Below, piece after piece: positions 55,307-64,000 of a stretch of 64,000 nt of DNA (the first letter of the stretch is position 1; each line of letters begins with the position of its first letter). The stretch is taken from positions 2,048,001-2,112,000 of the forward strand of contig CBDCDZ010000004.1 of NCBI GenBank assembly GCA_965215565.1, given 5' to 3'. Below the pieces are notes generated by a model. The model saw only the letters and a list, made by a program, of their open reading frames with translations. It ran no database searches and was not told the DNA's origin. Origin of the DNA: Trueperaceae bacterium. Its GTDB lineage: Bacteria > Deinococcota > Deinococci > Deinococcales > Trueperaceae. A program made the translations under genes and the position numbers.

Positions 55307-56436
55307 AGCCTACCCTTCCCGGCGCAACGATTGGCATTTTAGGTAGCGGTCAACTCGGGCGGATGTTGGCACTTGAAGCCAGGTACATGGGCTACCGCGT
55401 CCACACCTTTTCACCTGGCAAAGACACGCCGACGGGTCAAGTCGCTAACAAAGAGGTGAGCGCCGCTTACGACGACGTTGACGCAGTCAGAGCCTTTGCG
55501 CAAGCCGTTGACGTGGTGACGCTCGAGTTTGAGAACATTCCCGCTCGGACGCTCGAGGCTGCTTCCGAACACGCGGACGTTCGTCCCGGCATCAAAGCGC
55601 TCTACACCGCGCAAAACCGCCTGCGAGAGAAGACCTTTTTGTCGAATAACAGCTTTCCCATCGCGCCTTTTCGTGCGGTTCGAAGTGAAGGCGAGATTGA
55701 CGCTGCGCTGCAAGAGGTCGGCACGCCCGCTGTGCTCAAAACGGCAGGTTTTGGCTACGATGGGAAGGGACAGGCGAAGATTCAGAGCCCCGAAAAGGGG
55801 AGACGCGCTTTTGCGGAGTTGAAACAAGAGGCGGTTTTAGAAGCGTTCGTCACCTTTGAGCGGGAGGTGTCGGTGGTGGCGGCGAGAGGTGTAGACGGCT
55901 CTTTTGCACACTACGGGGTTATTGAAAATCGACACGAAAATCATATTTTAGACCTCTCGGTTGCTCCTACTGACCTCTCGAAAGAGGTTGTCAGCGAAGC
56001 AGTAGAGATTGCGAGAGGTATTTTAGAAGGGTTAGAAGTAGTCGGCGTGATGTGCGTCGAATTCTTCCTCACGCATGACCATGAACTCATCGTCAACGAA
56101 ATCGCGCCGCGTCCACACAACTCAGGACATCTGACCATCGAAGGGTGCGTGACGAGCCAGTTTGGACAGCAACTCCGCGCGGTCTGCGCTCTGCCACTTG
56201 GTTCAACCGAATTTGTGCGCCCCGCAGCGATGGCGAACCTCTTAGGGGATGTGTGGGGAAGAGGTGAGCCGAATTGGGTGGACGCGCTCGCTACGCCTAA
56301 CGTCTACTTGCACCTCTACGGCAAAACCGAGGCGAGATCGGGGCGGAAGATGGGACACATCACGGCGTTGGCAGAAGACACGAAAGAGGTTGTGGAGCGG
56401 GTCAAGGAGGCTCGAGCGTCGCTCACGAACCGCTAG
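55303..56436 (+). CDS. purK: N5-CAIR synthase
   Basis: [37 protein letters not shown]...GRKMGH. Confidence 0.97.
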
Positions 56437-56488
56437 AGACGCCTTCTCTAAAACAGCAAGGTCTCAGGTTTCTTAGGTCTCGTGGACG

Positions 56489-56881
56489 CTATACACCTGC
56501 TGAGTCCACAAACGTCACCTCGTCGTCCAGCGGATTTGTGCCGATAGTGAGCACCGCAGCGGGCGCATCCGAGAGGTTGAGCAGCATGTGAGCTTTCGGC
56601 TCTTCAGCGTTGAAGCCGACGAAGTCACCCGGCCCGAGTTGCGTCACCTCCCCCTCAATCCAAACAGACGGCGTCCCTGAAAGGACCAAGAAAATCTCCT
56701 CTTTCGTTGAATGATAGTGCGTGGCAGCGGTGCGGCGTCCCGGCAAGATGACCTCTTGATGCACGAGCAAGGTGCCTATCCCCGCGAAGTCACTCAGCGA
56801 GCGAGCAAAACTCAGCCTTTCGCCTGTTTTCCGCGTGATAAGTTCTCGAGCCTCTAAATTATCAACCTTGCCTACCGTCAT
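56489..56881 (-). CDS. Cupin-domain protein
   Basis: HYHSTKEEIFLVLSG...PGDFVGF...AH; start placed at MTVGK after a TAAGCT box. Confidence 0.85.
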   Translation of the reverse strand: MTVGKVDNLEARELITRKTGERLSFARSLSDFAGIGTLLVHQEVILPGRRTAATHYHSTKEEIFLVLSGTPSVWIEGEVTQLGPGDFVGFNAEEPKAHMLLNLSDAPAAVLTIGTNPLDDEVTFVDSAGV

Positions 56882-57026
56882 GCTTGCCAGCTTAACAAGA
56901 GAAATGAAGAATAGAGAATACAGAAGGAGTATCCTCGCACCGTATTCTCTCTTCCCTTCGCACAGCACTTTACTCAACCTGTTCGGTGTATCTCACAAGA
57001 GGTCGCGCAAATGGTTTAGGGGCGTC

Positions 57027-57287
57027 TGGTAGTTCCAAAACGTACTGAGACAGAATGTCGCAGGTCTTATTGCGCAGCAATAGCGGGATTTCGTCTCTAT
57101 GGTGTACGTGCTAGTTATTGTTCATCCGTCCCTTCGGCTAGCGGGAGCGGTCCACGCGACTAAACTTCGTCCTTAATGGGCTTTCAGAAACGAAAGGGGA
57201 CGCAAGTTTGCTGCCTAGCAACGATATTTTATCTAGTGAGAGCGTTCCTGACCAGATGAAAGTGCCCCGGACGGGGTATATCTGCTA
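57027..57287 (-). repeat. Repeat family B, copy 5 (expanded with nested hairpin modules)
   Basis: Minus strand TAGCAG...TCATCTGGTCAG...GGCAGCAAACTTGCGT...CTAGCACGTAC...GACCTGCG...CTGTCTCAGTA...GGAACT. Confidence 0.75.
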
Positions 57288-57288
57288 G

Positions 57289-57813
57289 TTATCGCTCCCA
57301 GAATGCAGGCGGCTCAACGCCTAACATCCGCAGATACACGTACCCTTGAGCGCGGTGGTGAATCTCGTTGTCGACGGCGTAGAGAACGAAGTATGGGTTC
57401 GGCATCGGCGGCAGACCGAAAGCGGACTCGGTAGCGCGAAAGCGTTCTGATGGGATGCGCGGCCACGCCTCTTGCAAGGTGGCACTGCTCTCGTCCCAAC
57501 GTCTTAGCAACTCGGCGCGGGTAGTTGTTTCTCTTTGAGCAGCCTCCGTTTTCTTCGCCCACTGCTCCATACTGAAGTCCGCACCTTCGCCTAAGAGGTG
57601 TTGAAGCGTAGGCTCGAGCATGATCGCCACCTCTAAGACCATCGCGCCAAAAGGTCGCATCGAATCCGCTGAGAAGGTGAAAAGCTGGTCCTCAGGAAAG
57701 GCTTGGGCCGTGCGGCGTGTCAAGCGTCTGTGCCCTTGCCAGTGCTCCAAAAGGGCTTCGGGGCTTAGAAAGACCTCTTTAGTCTCTACTTCAACTCCAT
57801 TGTTTGCGCTCAT
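57289..57813 (-). CDS. DinB/YfiT-family protein
   Basis: HWQGHRRLTRR, MRPFG, DNEIHHRAQGYVYLRMLGVEPPAFWER. Confidence 0.92.
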   Translation of the reverse strand: MSANNGVEVETKEVFLSPEALLEHWQGHRRLTRRTAQAFPEDQLFTFSADSMRPFGAMVLEVAIMLEPTLQHLLGEGADFSMEQWAKKTEAAQRETTTRAELLRRWDESSATLQEAWPRIPSERFRATESAFGLPPMPNPYFVLYAVDNEIHHRAQGYVYLRMLGVEPPAFWER

Positions 57814-57873
57814 GAGCCAACATCCTTTCGGGATCGCCTGAAGTCTTGCAACCTCAACTAAAGTCTAAAACCT

Positions 57874-57898
57874 ATTCCCGTCGGGACCTGTCGGGAAT
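57874..57898. promoter_or_regulatory. Candidate operator of the WYL regulator
   Basis: Imperfect IR ATTCCCGTC-N7-GTCGGGAAT between the divergent dinB and WYL genes. Confidence 0.5.
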
Positions 57899-57917
57899 TC
57901 GTGGCATGATGAAACGT

Positions 57918-58883
57918 ATGTACGACCCTTCGATGCGCGTGCTGACGGTTTTAGAGCTTTTGCAGATTAGAGAGCGCATGTCGGGCGCGGAGTTAGCGGA
58001 GCGCTTAGAGGTGAGCCCCCGCACCGTGCAGCGCTACGTGGCGCGGCTTCAAGACTTAGGCGTGCCCGTGACGTCCACGAGAGGTCCAGGCGGGTCCTAC
58101 CGCCTCAGACCGGGTTTTCGGCTGCCGCCGATGATGTTCGGAATGGAGGAGGCGTTGGCGCTCGTGCTCGGGCTGGACGCGCTGACCTATCTGGGCTTGG
58201 GCGACATCGCGCCAGCAGCGACGGGCGCGAGGGTCAAGCTCGAGCGCGTGCTGCCAGACTCTGTTCGCGAGCAGGTGGACGCGCTCCGCGCCGCGCTGGA
58301 ACTAGAGAGGCCCCGTTGGACCGTAGACACGGATACCGCCGTTCTCACTCAACTCGCCGCCGCGATCCACGCACGTCAGCGCGCCACCCTAACCTACGTG
58401 GCGAGAGAGGGCAGCGTCACCTCGAGGGAGGTGGACCCGCTCGGGCTACTGCAACAGAGGGGGCGCTGGTTCTTAGCGGCGCACTGCCATCTAAGGCGAG
58501 ACCAGCGGCTCTTCCGCGTGGACCGCATCCAAAATGTGTCTCGCCTAGAGCGGACCTTCGAGCGCCCCTCTGAATTTGACCTCCGCGGCTTCGTAAGCAA
58601 GGGGCTCGCCTTCGCTACCGAACCCTGGCAGGCGACGGTCTGGCTCGAGCTGACCCAAGAAGCGTTGCAGTGCGCGCTGCCCTATCTTCCTCTAGAGAGG
58701 TCAGCAGAGCGTGAGGGAGACGGCTTTCTGCTCCGCTGTGAGGTTGCGGACCTAGAGGGCTTCGCCCTCTCCTTGCTCAATCTGCGCTGCGGGTTGGTGG
58801 TGCGTCATCCGCCGGAACTTAAAGAGGTGTTCGGGAGGGTGGCGAAGCGGGCGCTCGAGGTGGTAGGTAAGGCGTGCGCTTAG
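57918..58883 (+). CDS. YafY-family HTH-WYL transcriptional regulator
   Basis: ELAERLEVSPRTVQR, GGSYRL...LPPMMF, WFLAAHC, RLFRVDRI. Confidence 0.93.
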   Translation: MYDPSMRVLTVLELLQIRERMSGAELAERLEVSPRTVQRYVARLQDLGVPVTSTRGPGGSYRLRPGFRLPPMMFGMEEALALVLGLDALTYLGLGDIAPAATGARVKLERVLPDSVREQVDALRAALELERPRWTVDTDTAVLTQLAAAIHARQRATLTYVAREGSVTSREVDPLGLLQQRGRWFLAAHCHLRRDQRLFRVDRIQNVSRLERTFERPSEFDLRGFVSKGLAFATEPWQATVWLELTQEALQCALPYLPLERSAEREGDGFLLRCEVADLEGFALSLLNLRCGLVVRHPPELKEVFGRVAKRALEVVGKACA

Positions 58884-59030
58884 TGCCGGGGGAATACGGT
58901 ACTTTAACTTATAGGCGCCTCAGCATTTCAGCGAGTCAGGAAAACTTGAAACGCTGACCGCTGAGACGCTTCTACTCAAATTGAGGCTGCACTACGGCGC
59001 ACCTTCCGCGTGAAAGGTAGCCTGCACCCC

Positions 59031-59663
59031 ATGAAACAAGCTCTCATCATCGGTGCCACGGGGGGCATCGGCTCGGCGCTCGCGAAGCGTTTAGCGGGGG
59101 ACTACGCACTCATACTCGTCGGGCGTGACCAGACGAAGCTGCGCGAACTCAAAGGCTCGGCGGACGCGAAAGTCGTGCCGACGGACGTCTCGAGCGAACT
59201 CGAAGTTCAGGCCTTGTTCGATGAAATAAGCGAACTCGACCTCATCGTCTACACGGCGGGCGACATCCAACCCGAACTCCTCAAAACCGCGAGCGCCGAA
59301 AACTGGCGGCGCGTGATGGACGCGAACCTCACGGGCGTCTTCTTCACCCTCAAATACGCCGAAGCGAAACTGAACAAGGGCTCGCGTATCTTCGTCATCG
59401 GCGCTCGCCCCGAGTTGGTCAAGTATCGCGGCTTCGGCGCGTACGCCGCCGCCAAAGCGGGCGTCGCCTCGCTCGTGGAAATCGCCGCTGAGGAGATGAA
59501 GCGCAAGGCGTCCCTGACGCTCGTGCTGCCCAAGGCGGTGGATTCAGACTTTTGGGACAACGTAGGCAAACCGCCCAAAGGTGCGCTCAAACCCGACGAA
59601 GTCGCCCAGGCGATTCAGGAAAGTTTGCAGGGTGAGGCGGAGGAAAAACTCCGAGTCGGTTAA
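59031..59663 (+). CDS. Short-chain dehydrogenase/reductase
   Basis: IIGATGGIG, NLTG, YAAAK. Confidence 0.9.
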   Translation: MKQALIIGATGGIGSALAKRLAGDYALILVGRDQTKLRELKGSADAKVVPTDVSSELEVQALFDEISELDLIVYTAGDIQPELLKTASAENWRRVMDANLTGVFFTLKYAEAKLNKGSRIFVIGARPELVKYRGFGAYAAAKAGVASLVEIAAEEMKRKASLTLVLPKAVDSDFWDNVGKPPKGALKPDEVAQAIQESLQGEAEEKLRVG

Positions 59664-59687
59664 GGCTGTATCCGTACGCAATACAGT

Positions 59688-59870
59688 TAGCAGGTATCAT
59701 CTGGTCAGAGTGTACGAAGTTTTGCGAAGCAACACTCTCACTTTGTGAAACGATGTCGAGCACGCACTTTAAGGGATGAAATCCCGCAACGGCAGGGCGG
59801 CCTGCCCGTAACGCTAGTCCTACGGACAGAGACCTGCGTTCAACTGTCTCAGTGTGTCGTGGAACTGCTT
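59688..59870 (+). repeat. Repeat family B, copy 6
   Basis: TAGCAGGTATCATCTGGTCAGAG...CAACTGTCTCAGTGTGTCGTGGAACTGCT, close to copy 4 but with two extra inserts. Confidence 0.85.
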
Positions 59871-59874
59871 AGTA

Positions 59875-59901
59875 TAGAGGCAGGTTTGAAACCCGCCTCT
59901 A
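59875..59901. repeat. REP-like palindrome
   Basis: TAGAGGCAGGTTTGAAACCCGCCTCTA. Confidence 0.55.
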
Positions 59902-60006
59902 CAAAGCGCAGCGTTCAGATGTATACGGGGCAGTGCTCACAACATAGATTTCTAGCTACATGTGCGAAAACGTGAAAAATCTTGCACAAACCCTTAAACT
60001 GACTTC

Positions 60007-61209
60007 ATGCGCACATGGTGGCAACCTCCAACCCTGAGCAGAACGGATAGCGAACGGCGGGCGGGCTGGCTCGAGCTGTTCTACGATCTCGTTTACATCG
60101 CAGCCGTCATCGAGTTGGGCTCCTACTTTCACGGCGAGCTGACCCCTTTAGGCACGCTACGCTATATTTTTCTCTTTCTCATCGTCTGGTGGTCATGGTC
60201 GGGCACGACCTACTATGAAAACCGCTTTATCGCCGACGACGCGCTCCACCGCATCCTCATCTTTTTGCAGATTTTCTTCGTCGGCAGCCTCGCCGGGAAC
60301 ATCCCGCGGGCGTTCGGCGAGGGCGCGGCTATCTTTGCGTTCTCCTACGCGGCGATCCGCATCATCCTGATCCTTATGTACGCGCGAGCTTACCGCGCTG
60401 TGCCGAACAGCCGCCCGCTCATCCGCAACTACACCGCCGGCTTTTCGCTCGGGATCTTATGCTTTATCGCCTCGATGTTTGTACCCGCACCCTGGAACTA
60501 CGCGCTTTGGGGGCTAGGTATCGGCGCAGAAGTTATCGTGCACATGCTTTTCGGAACGCAGGGACTCGAGCGCCACTTCCCCTTCAACCTCAACCACTTG
60601 AGCGAACGCTACGCGCTCTTCATCATCATCGTTTTAGGCGACTCGTTTATCAAAGCCATTGGGCGCACCGCCGAGGAAGGCATCGGTCCGAACACGTATA
60701 TCTTTGGCGCGATGGGCGTGCTGATGACGGTGAGCTTGTGGTGGACGTATTTTGACGACGTGGCAGAAGCCGCCCTCCGTCAAGGCTACGACTCGCTGAC
60801 CTCTTGGGTCTACGCGCACTTCCCGCTCTCAGTCGCTATTGTTGGCTTTGGCGTGGCAGTGGAGGACGTGACGCAGCTAAGGGTCAGCGTACCGATGGAA
60901 ATGCCCCTCTTCTGGCTCCTCTATCTGTCAGTGGGCGGCTACCTCTTAGCGACCTCTTGGGTGGACGTCCTCACCGAGACGAGTGCGCCGCAGCTCGGCT
61001 TAGAGCGCGCTTACATGCGCGTGGGCTCAGGTCTCGCCCTCGTCGCCTTCGCCGTGCTCTACACCTATTTAGGATGGGAGATGTCCGCGCTCTGGACGGT
61101 TGGGCTCGTGTCAGGTGTCTGCGCCGCACAGATTATCTACGACCTCTCGCATAGCCGTGAAAAGAGCGAGGTGCACGCCGAGGTGAAGGAGGTTCCAACC
61201 GGAGACTAA
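60007..61209 (+). CDS. Low temperature requirement protein A (LtrA) family membrane protein
   Basis: WLELFYDLVY, WWSW...NRF, HLSERYALFIIIVLG, LWWTYFD. Confidence 0.92.
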   Translation: MRTWWQPPTLSRTDSERRAGWLELFYDLVYIAAVIELGSYFHGELTPLGTLRYIFLFLIVWWSWSGTTYYENRFIADDALHRILIFLQIFFVGSLAGNIPRAFGEGAAIFAFSYAAIRIILILMYARAYRAVPNSRPLIRNYTAGFSLGILCFIASMFVPAPWNYALWGLGIGAEVIVHMLFGTQGLERHFPFNLNHLSERYALFIIIVLGDSFIKAIGRTAEEGIGPNTYIFGAMGVLMTVSLWWTYFDDVAEAALRQGYDSLTSWVYAHFPLSVAIVGFGVAVEDVTQLRVSVPMEMPLFWLLYLSVGGYLLATSWVDVLTETSAPQLGLERAYMRVGSGLALVAFAVLYTYLGWEMSALWTVGLVSGVCAAQIIYDLSHSREKSEVHAEVKEVPTGD

Positions 61210-61270
61210 TGTTGGACAAGAGAAAAGGCGCAGCTTATACTGCGCCTCTTCTCGTAAAGAGGTCAGCGTT

Positions 61271-61762
61271 TTACGCTCGAGCCTCTTGATTAATCGAAGT
61301 CTCCGCAAGTTGCGAGAGTTTTTTGTCCGTCGACTCCTCTTGCTGTAGGGTCTCCTCTAAAATGCTCTGCACCTCGTCTAAGTTGAGCTGACGCGCGTAC
61401 GTCACCGAGGAACCGTAGCCCGCCATGCCGTAGTGCTGCATCCGCTGGACGGCGGCGACGATGGTGGCGTCTAAAGCTGCACCTTGCTCGTGCTCGCTCA
61501 CGTGCTCCTTGCCCTCTTTGATGAGCCCTTCCATACCGTGGCAGAACTCACCCTCCAAGGAAAAGTCCATGATCTGCGCCACACGCTCCAACTTCTCTAG
61601 CTGCTGCTTCGTCTCCTCCACGTGCTGGTTTAGGGCGTCTTGGAGCTGCGGCGACTGGGTCGCGTTGGCGATTTCCGGGAGCGCGTTCATTGCTTGATTA
61701 CCCGCGCTATAAAGGTCTTTGAGTTGGTGTTTGAGTACGTCTTCTAAGGTCTGTAATGCCAT
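61271..61762 (-). CDS. YciE/YciF (DUF892) ferritin-like protein
   Basis: LKDLYSA, HVEET, CHGMEGLIKEG, HYGMAGYG, EESTDKKL. Confidence 0.92.
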   Translation of the reverse strand: MALQTLEDVLKHQLKDLYSAGNQAMNALPEIANATQSPQLQDALNQHVEETKQQLEKLERVAQIMDFSLEGEFCHGMEGLIKEGKEHVSEHEQGAALDATIVAAVQRMQHYGMAGYGSSVTYARQLNLDEVQSILEETLQQEESTDKKLSQLAETSINQEARA

Positions 61763-61939
61763 ATTTTGCCCCTTTCATAAGTAGGGTAAAGCAGACGCAA
61801 AAATAAGACCGTAGATTGTGGCGAAATGTTGGGGAGAAAAGCAGCAACGAGCAATCCAGTCGAGCTGGTTCGCGCTAGCACTTGCGAAGCAAACGAACGG
61901 TGAGTTGAAAGTGAAAGTCAAAGGCTTTTCACTCATTGC

Positions 61940-62833
61940 TCATTGCTGTTTTATCCAGTGTAGGACGTTATTTTCTAGCTCCAACGTCACTCGCCCTGAC
62001 TCACGCAAATACGTCAGGTACGCCATCACCGTGCAGAGGTTGAGGTAGTAGCGCGGCACATCTGTCATCTCGATGTGAAGTTTTTTACAGGTGTTTTGGA
62101 GAACGGCGGCGGTATCTACGCCTGCACAGACCTCTTCAATCACATCCGCCGCTCGTTGAAAGGTTTCTACATTCTTCCGAACGAGTTCGCCGACCTCTTC
62201 GGTGGGTTCGCCGTGACCGGGGAGGATGACCCGAGCCTCCAGCGTCACCATCTTTTCGGCGCTTGCTATCTGCCCTCCAATGTCCTGACCAAAAGGAAGC
62301 GGGTACTTCTCCAACGCGCTTTCACCAAACACCGCGTCCGCCGCAAAGAGCACATCACCGACTTTGACGGCGTAGTGCGTATGCGCATGACCGGAGGACT
62401 CGGTAATCTCTAAAGTGAGCCCAGCAAACTCGAGCGTTCCCGGCTCCAAGAGGTGATGCACGGGCGAAGGTTTCGCCAACAGCCACTTCGAGAGGAGTTC
62501 TTTGGGAGGTTTCGCGCCACCGAAGAGGTAGACGGGTTCTAAATACGGGCTCTGCATGATGCTCGCCTCGAAAGGTGGGGCGTAAACGGGTAAATTCAGA
62601 TTCCTGACCAAGTAGTCGTTGCCGCCGTAGTGGTCTGCGTGCGCGTGCGTGTTGACAATGGCGATAGGTGTTACGTTCAGCGAATCACACGCCTTACGGA
62701 TACGTCGCCCCGCATCTTTGTCGCCGCCTGTATCTACAAGAACGGCTTGTTTGTCATCTCCAACGAGAATAACCGAGTTGACGCCGCCGGGGAGGTAGAA
62801 GACGCTTTCGCTGAGTTGGATGGGGTTAGACAT
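61940..62833 (-). CDS. MBL-fold metallo-hydrolase
   Basis: LVDTG, THAHADHYGG, GH, ADAVF, LPGHG; start placed at MSNP after a TATGCT box. Confidence 0.92.
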   Translation of the reverse strand: MSNPIQLSESVFYLPGGVNSVILVGDDKQAVLVDTGGDKDAGRRIRKACDSLNVTPIAIVNTHAHADHYGGNDYLVRNLNLPVYAPPFEASIMQSPYLEPVYLFGGAKPPKELLSKWLLAKPSPVHHLLEPGTLEFAGLTLEITESSGHAHTHYAVKVGDVLFAADAVFGESALEKYPLPFGQDIGGQIASAEKMVTLEARVILPGHGEPTEEVGELVRKNVETFQRAADVIEEVCAGVDTAAVLQNTCKKLHIEMTDVPRYYLNLCTVMAYLTYLRESGRVTLELENNVLHWIKQQ

Positions 62834-62959
62834 AGCTCGAGCATACCTAACTGCGTGTTTCGAGTAGCAATGAGAAACGAGCAATAAGTGAAAACCTCTA
62901 GACTCATTGCTGCTAGACCTCTTTACCTGAGCAACCGGACAGGGTGTAGCTCTGTTCCC

Positions 62960-64000
62960 TCACGCTGCTAACCCCGCCCGCACGCATTTCAACACGCCGT
63001 AGTCGTAGCGCTCCCCTAACTTTTCAAAAAGAGGTCTAAGATACGGCTTCTCTTCTTCGGGCAAATCGAAAAACGTCTGTTCGATGAAGGTAATCTCCTC
63101 TTTCGGCAGCTTCGTCGCCTCTTGGGCGGTGAGTTGACCTCTCGAGACCAGCTCCGCTAAATGATTCTCCACCGTGCGCATCTTGAGGTTACGCTCGCTC
63201 GCCACCTCCTGGAGCGTGTGTCCTGCTAAGACGAGCTGTAAGGTTTGCTCATACGTGTCGAGGTCGTCTTCAGCAGGTTCCAAAGGTAAAGAGGTCACAG
63301 GTGAAGTGGCTTGGGGCGCAACATCCGCGTACTGTTGCAACACCTCTAGGAACGCTTCGCCGTAGCGCTCCAACTTCGTCTTCCCTACCCCGGTGATGGC
63401 GTTCATCGCACCTAAGCTCTGCGGCACAACCTCCGCCATCTGCTTTAAGGTGGCGTCGTGAAAGATAACGTAAGGGGGGACGCTCTGTTCTTTGGCGAGT
63501 TCGGTGCGTAGGGTGCGTAGGGCGTTGAAAAGTTCTAAGGTCTCCCCCGTCAATTCAACCGCTTTGTTGCTAGTCGCACTCTTCTTCACAGGTTTGGGGT
63601 CCCGCCGGAAAGAAACAGTCTCTTGACTTTTGAGGACGGCGGCGCTCTGCGGCGTGAGGAGTAAAGAGCCGTAGCCGCCCCCGTCACTCGTCAAGTAGCC
63701 CCACGAAACGAGCTGCCGCAGCACCGAGCGCCACTGTTTTTCGTCCAACTCCGTACCGACACCGAAGGTGCTCAGCTCGTCGTGTTTCAAATTCTTCATG
63801 CGCGGCGTGTTCTTGCCTAAGAGCACGTCAATCACATGACCTGCGCCGAAACGCTGCCCCGTGCGGTAGACCGCCGAGAGCGCCTTTTGCGCCGCTACCG
63901 TGCCGTCCCAAGTTTCGACGGGGTTTAAGCACGTGTCGCAGTTGCCGCAAGGCTGCTCCAAAGTCTCGTCAAAATACGAGAGGAGCAGTTGACGCCGACA
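62960..64000 (-). CDS. recQ: RecQ helicase, C-terminal part (runs off the window)
   Basis: PCGNCDTC zinc site, RQC (RTGQRFGAGH), HRDC (VPPYVIFHDATL), C-terminal HTH-like domain. Confidence 0.93.
   Translation of the reverse strand, partial: CRRQLLLSYFDETLEQPCGNCDTCLNPVETWDGTVAAQKALSAVYRTGQRFGAGHVIDVLLGKNTPRMKNLKHDELSTFGVGTELDEKQWRSVLRQLVSWGYLTSDGGGYGSLLLTPQSAAVLKSQETVSFRRDPKPVKKSATSNKAVELTGETLELFNALRTLRTELAKEQSVPPYVIFHDATLKQMAEVVPQSLGAMNAITGVGKTKLERYGEAFLEVLQQYADVAPQATSPVTSLPLEPAEDDLDTYEQTLQLVLAGHTLQEVASERNLKMRTVENHLAELVSRGQLTAQEATKLPKEEITFIEQTFFDLPEEEKPYLRPLFEKLGERYDYGVLKCVRAGLAA

Noticed and set aside
57918..58883. WYL protein as a marker of a phage defence island
   Set aside because: Neighbours are dinB, cupin and SDR; no defence effector genes are recognisable.

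Overview
Chromosomal window from a GC-rich bacterium, very probably Deinococcota (Truepera/Trueperaceae-like). This is inferred from the TilS-TadA fusion, a probable CTG start for rpsL, many leaderless-type promoters and a Deinococcus-type short repeat. 1-27 kb holds housekeeping genes (two-component system, pckA, accDA, hisD, trpBA, rlpA, tatD, lactate permease, an ABC exporter pair, tilS-tadA, deoB, a PKD-Kelch lipoprotein). 27.4-47.9 kb is the contiguous str-S10-spc-alpha ribosomal supercluster on the minus strand. 48.2-52 kb is a lower-GC decayed accessory patch (IS4-type element inside a hypothetical gene, IS5-type element in the end of a frameshifted PIN toxin gene, and an antitoxin). 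52-64 kb holds ridA, ldh, sua5, purEK, cupin, dinB/WYL, SDR, ltrA, DUF892, an MBL hydrolase and the 3' part of recQ. No rRNA, tRNA or CRISPR array was seen. The most interesting signal is non-coding: (i) two tandem hairpins just upstream of rpsH that reproduce the S8-binding core of 16S helix 21; (ii) one covarying RNA motif placed 30-33 nt before rpsE, rplO and rplQ; (iii) a 26-bp tandem repeat that forms a chain of stop/start-coupled mini-ORFs between a response regulator and its kinase; (iv) a candidate Trp leader peptide; (v) several families of small structured dispersed repeats, one being a MITE whose probable autonomous IS lies in the same window. All calls were made by eye, without database searches or folding software.
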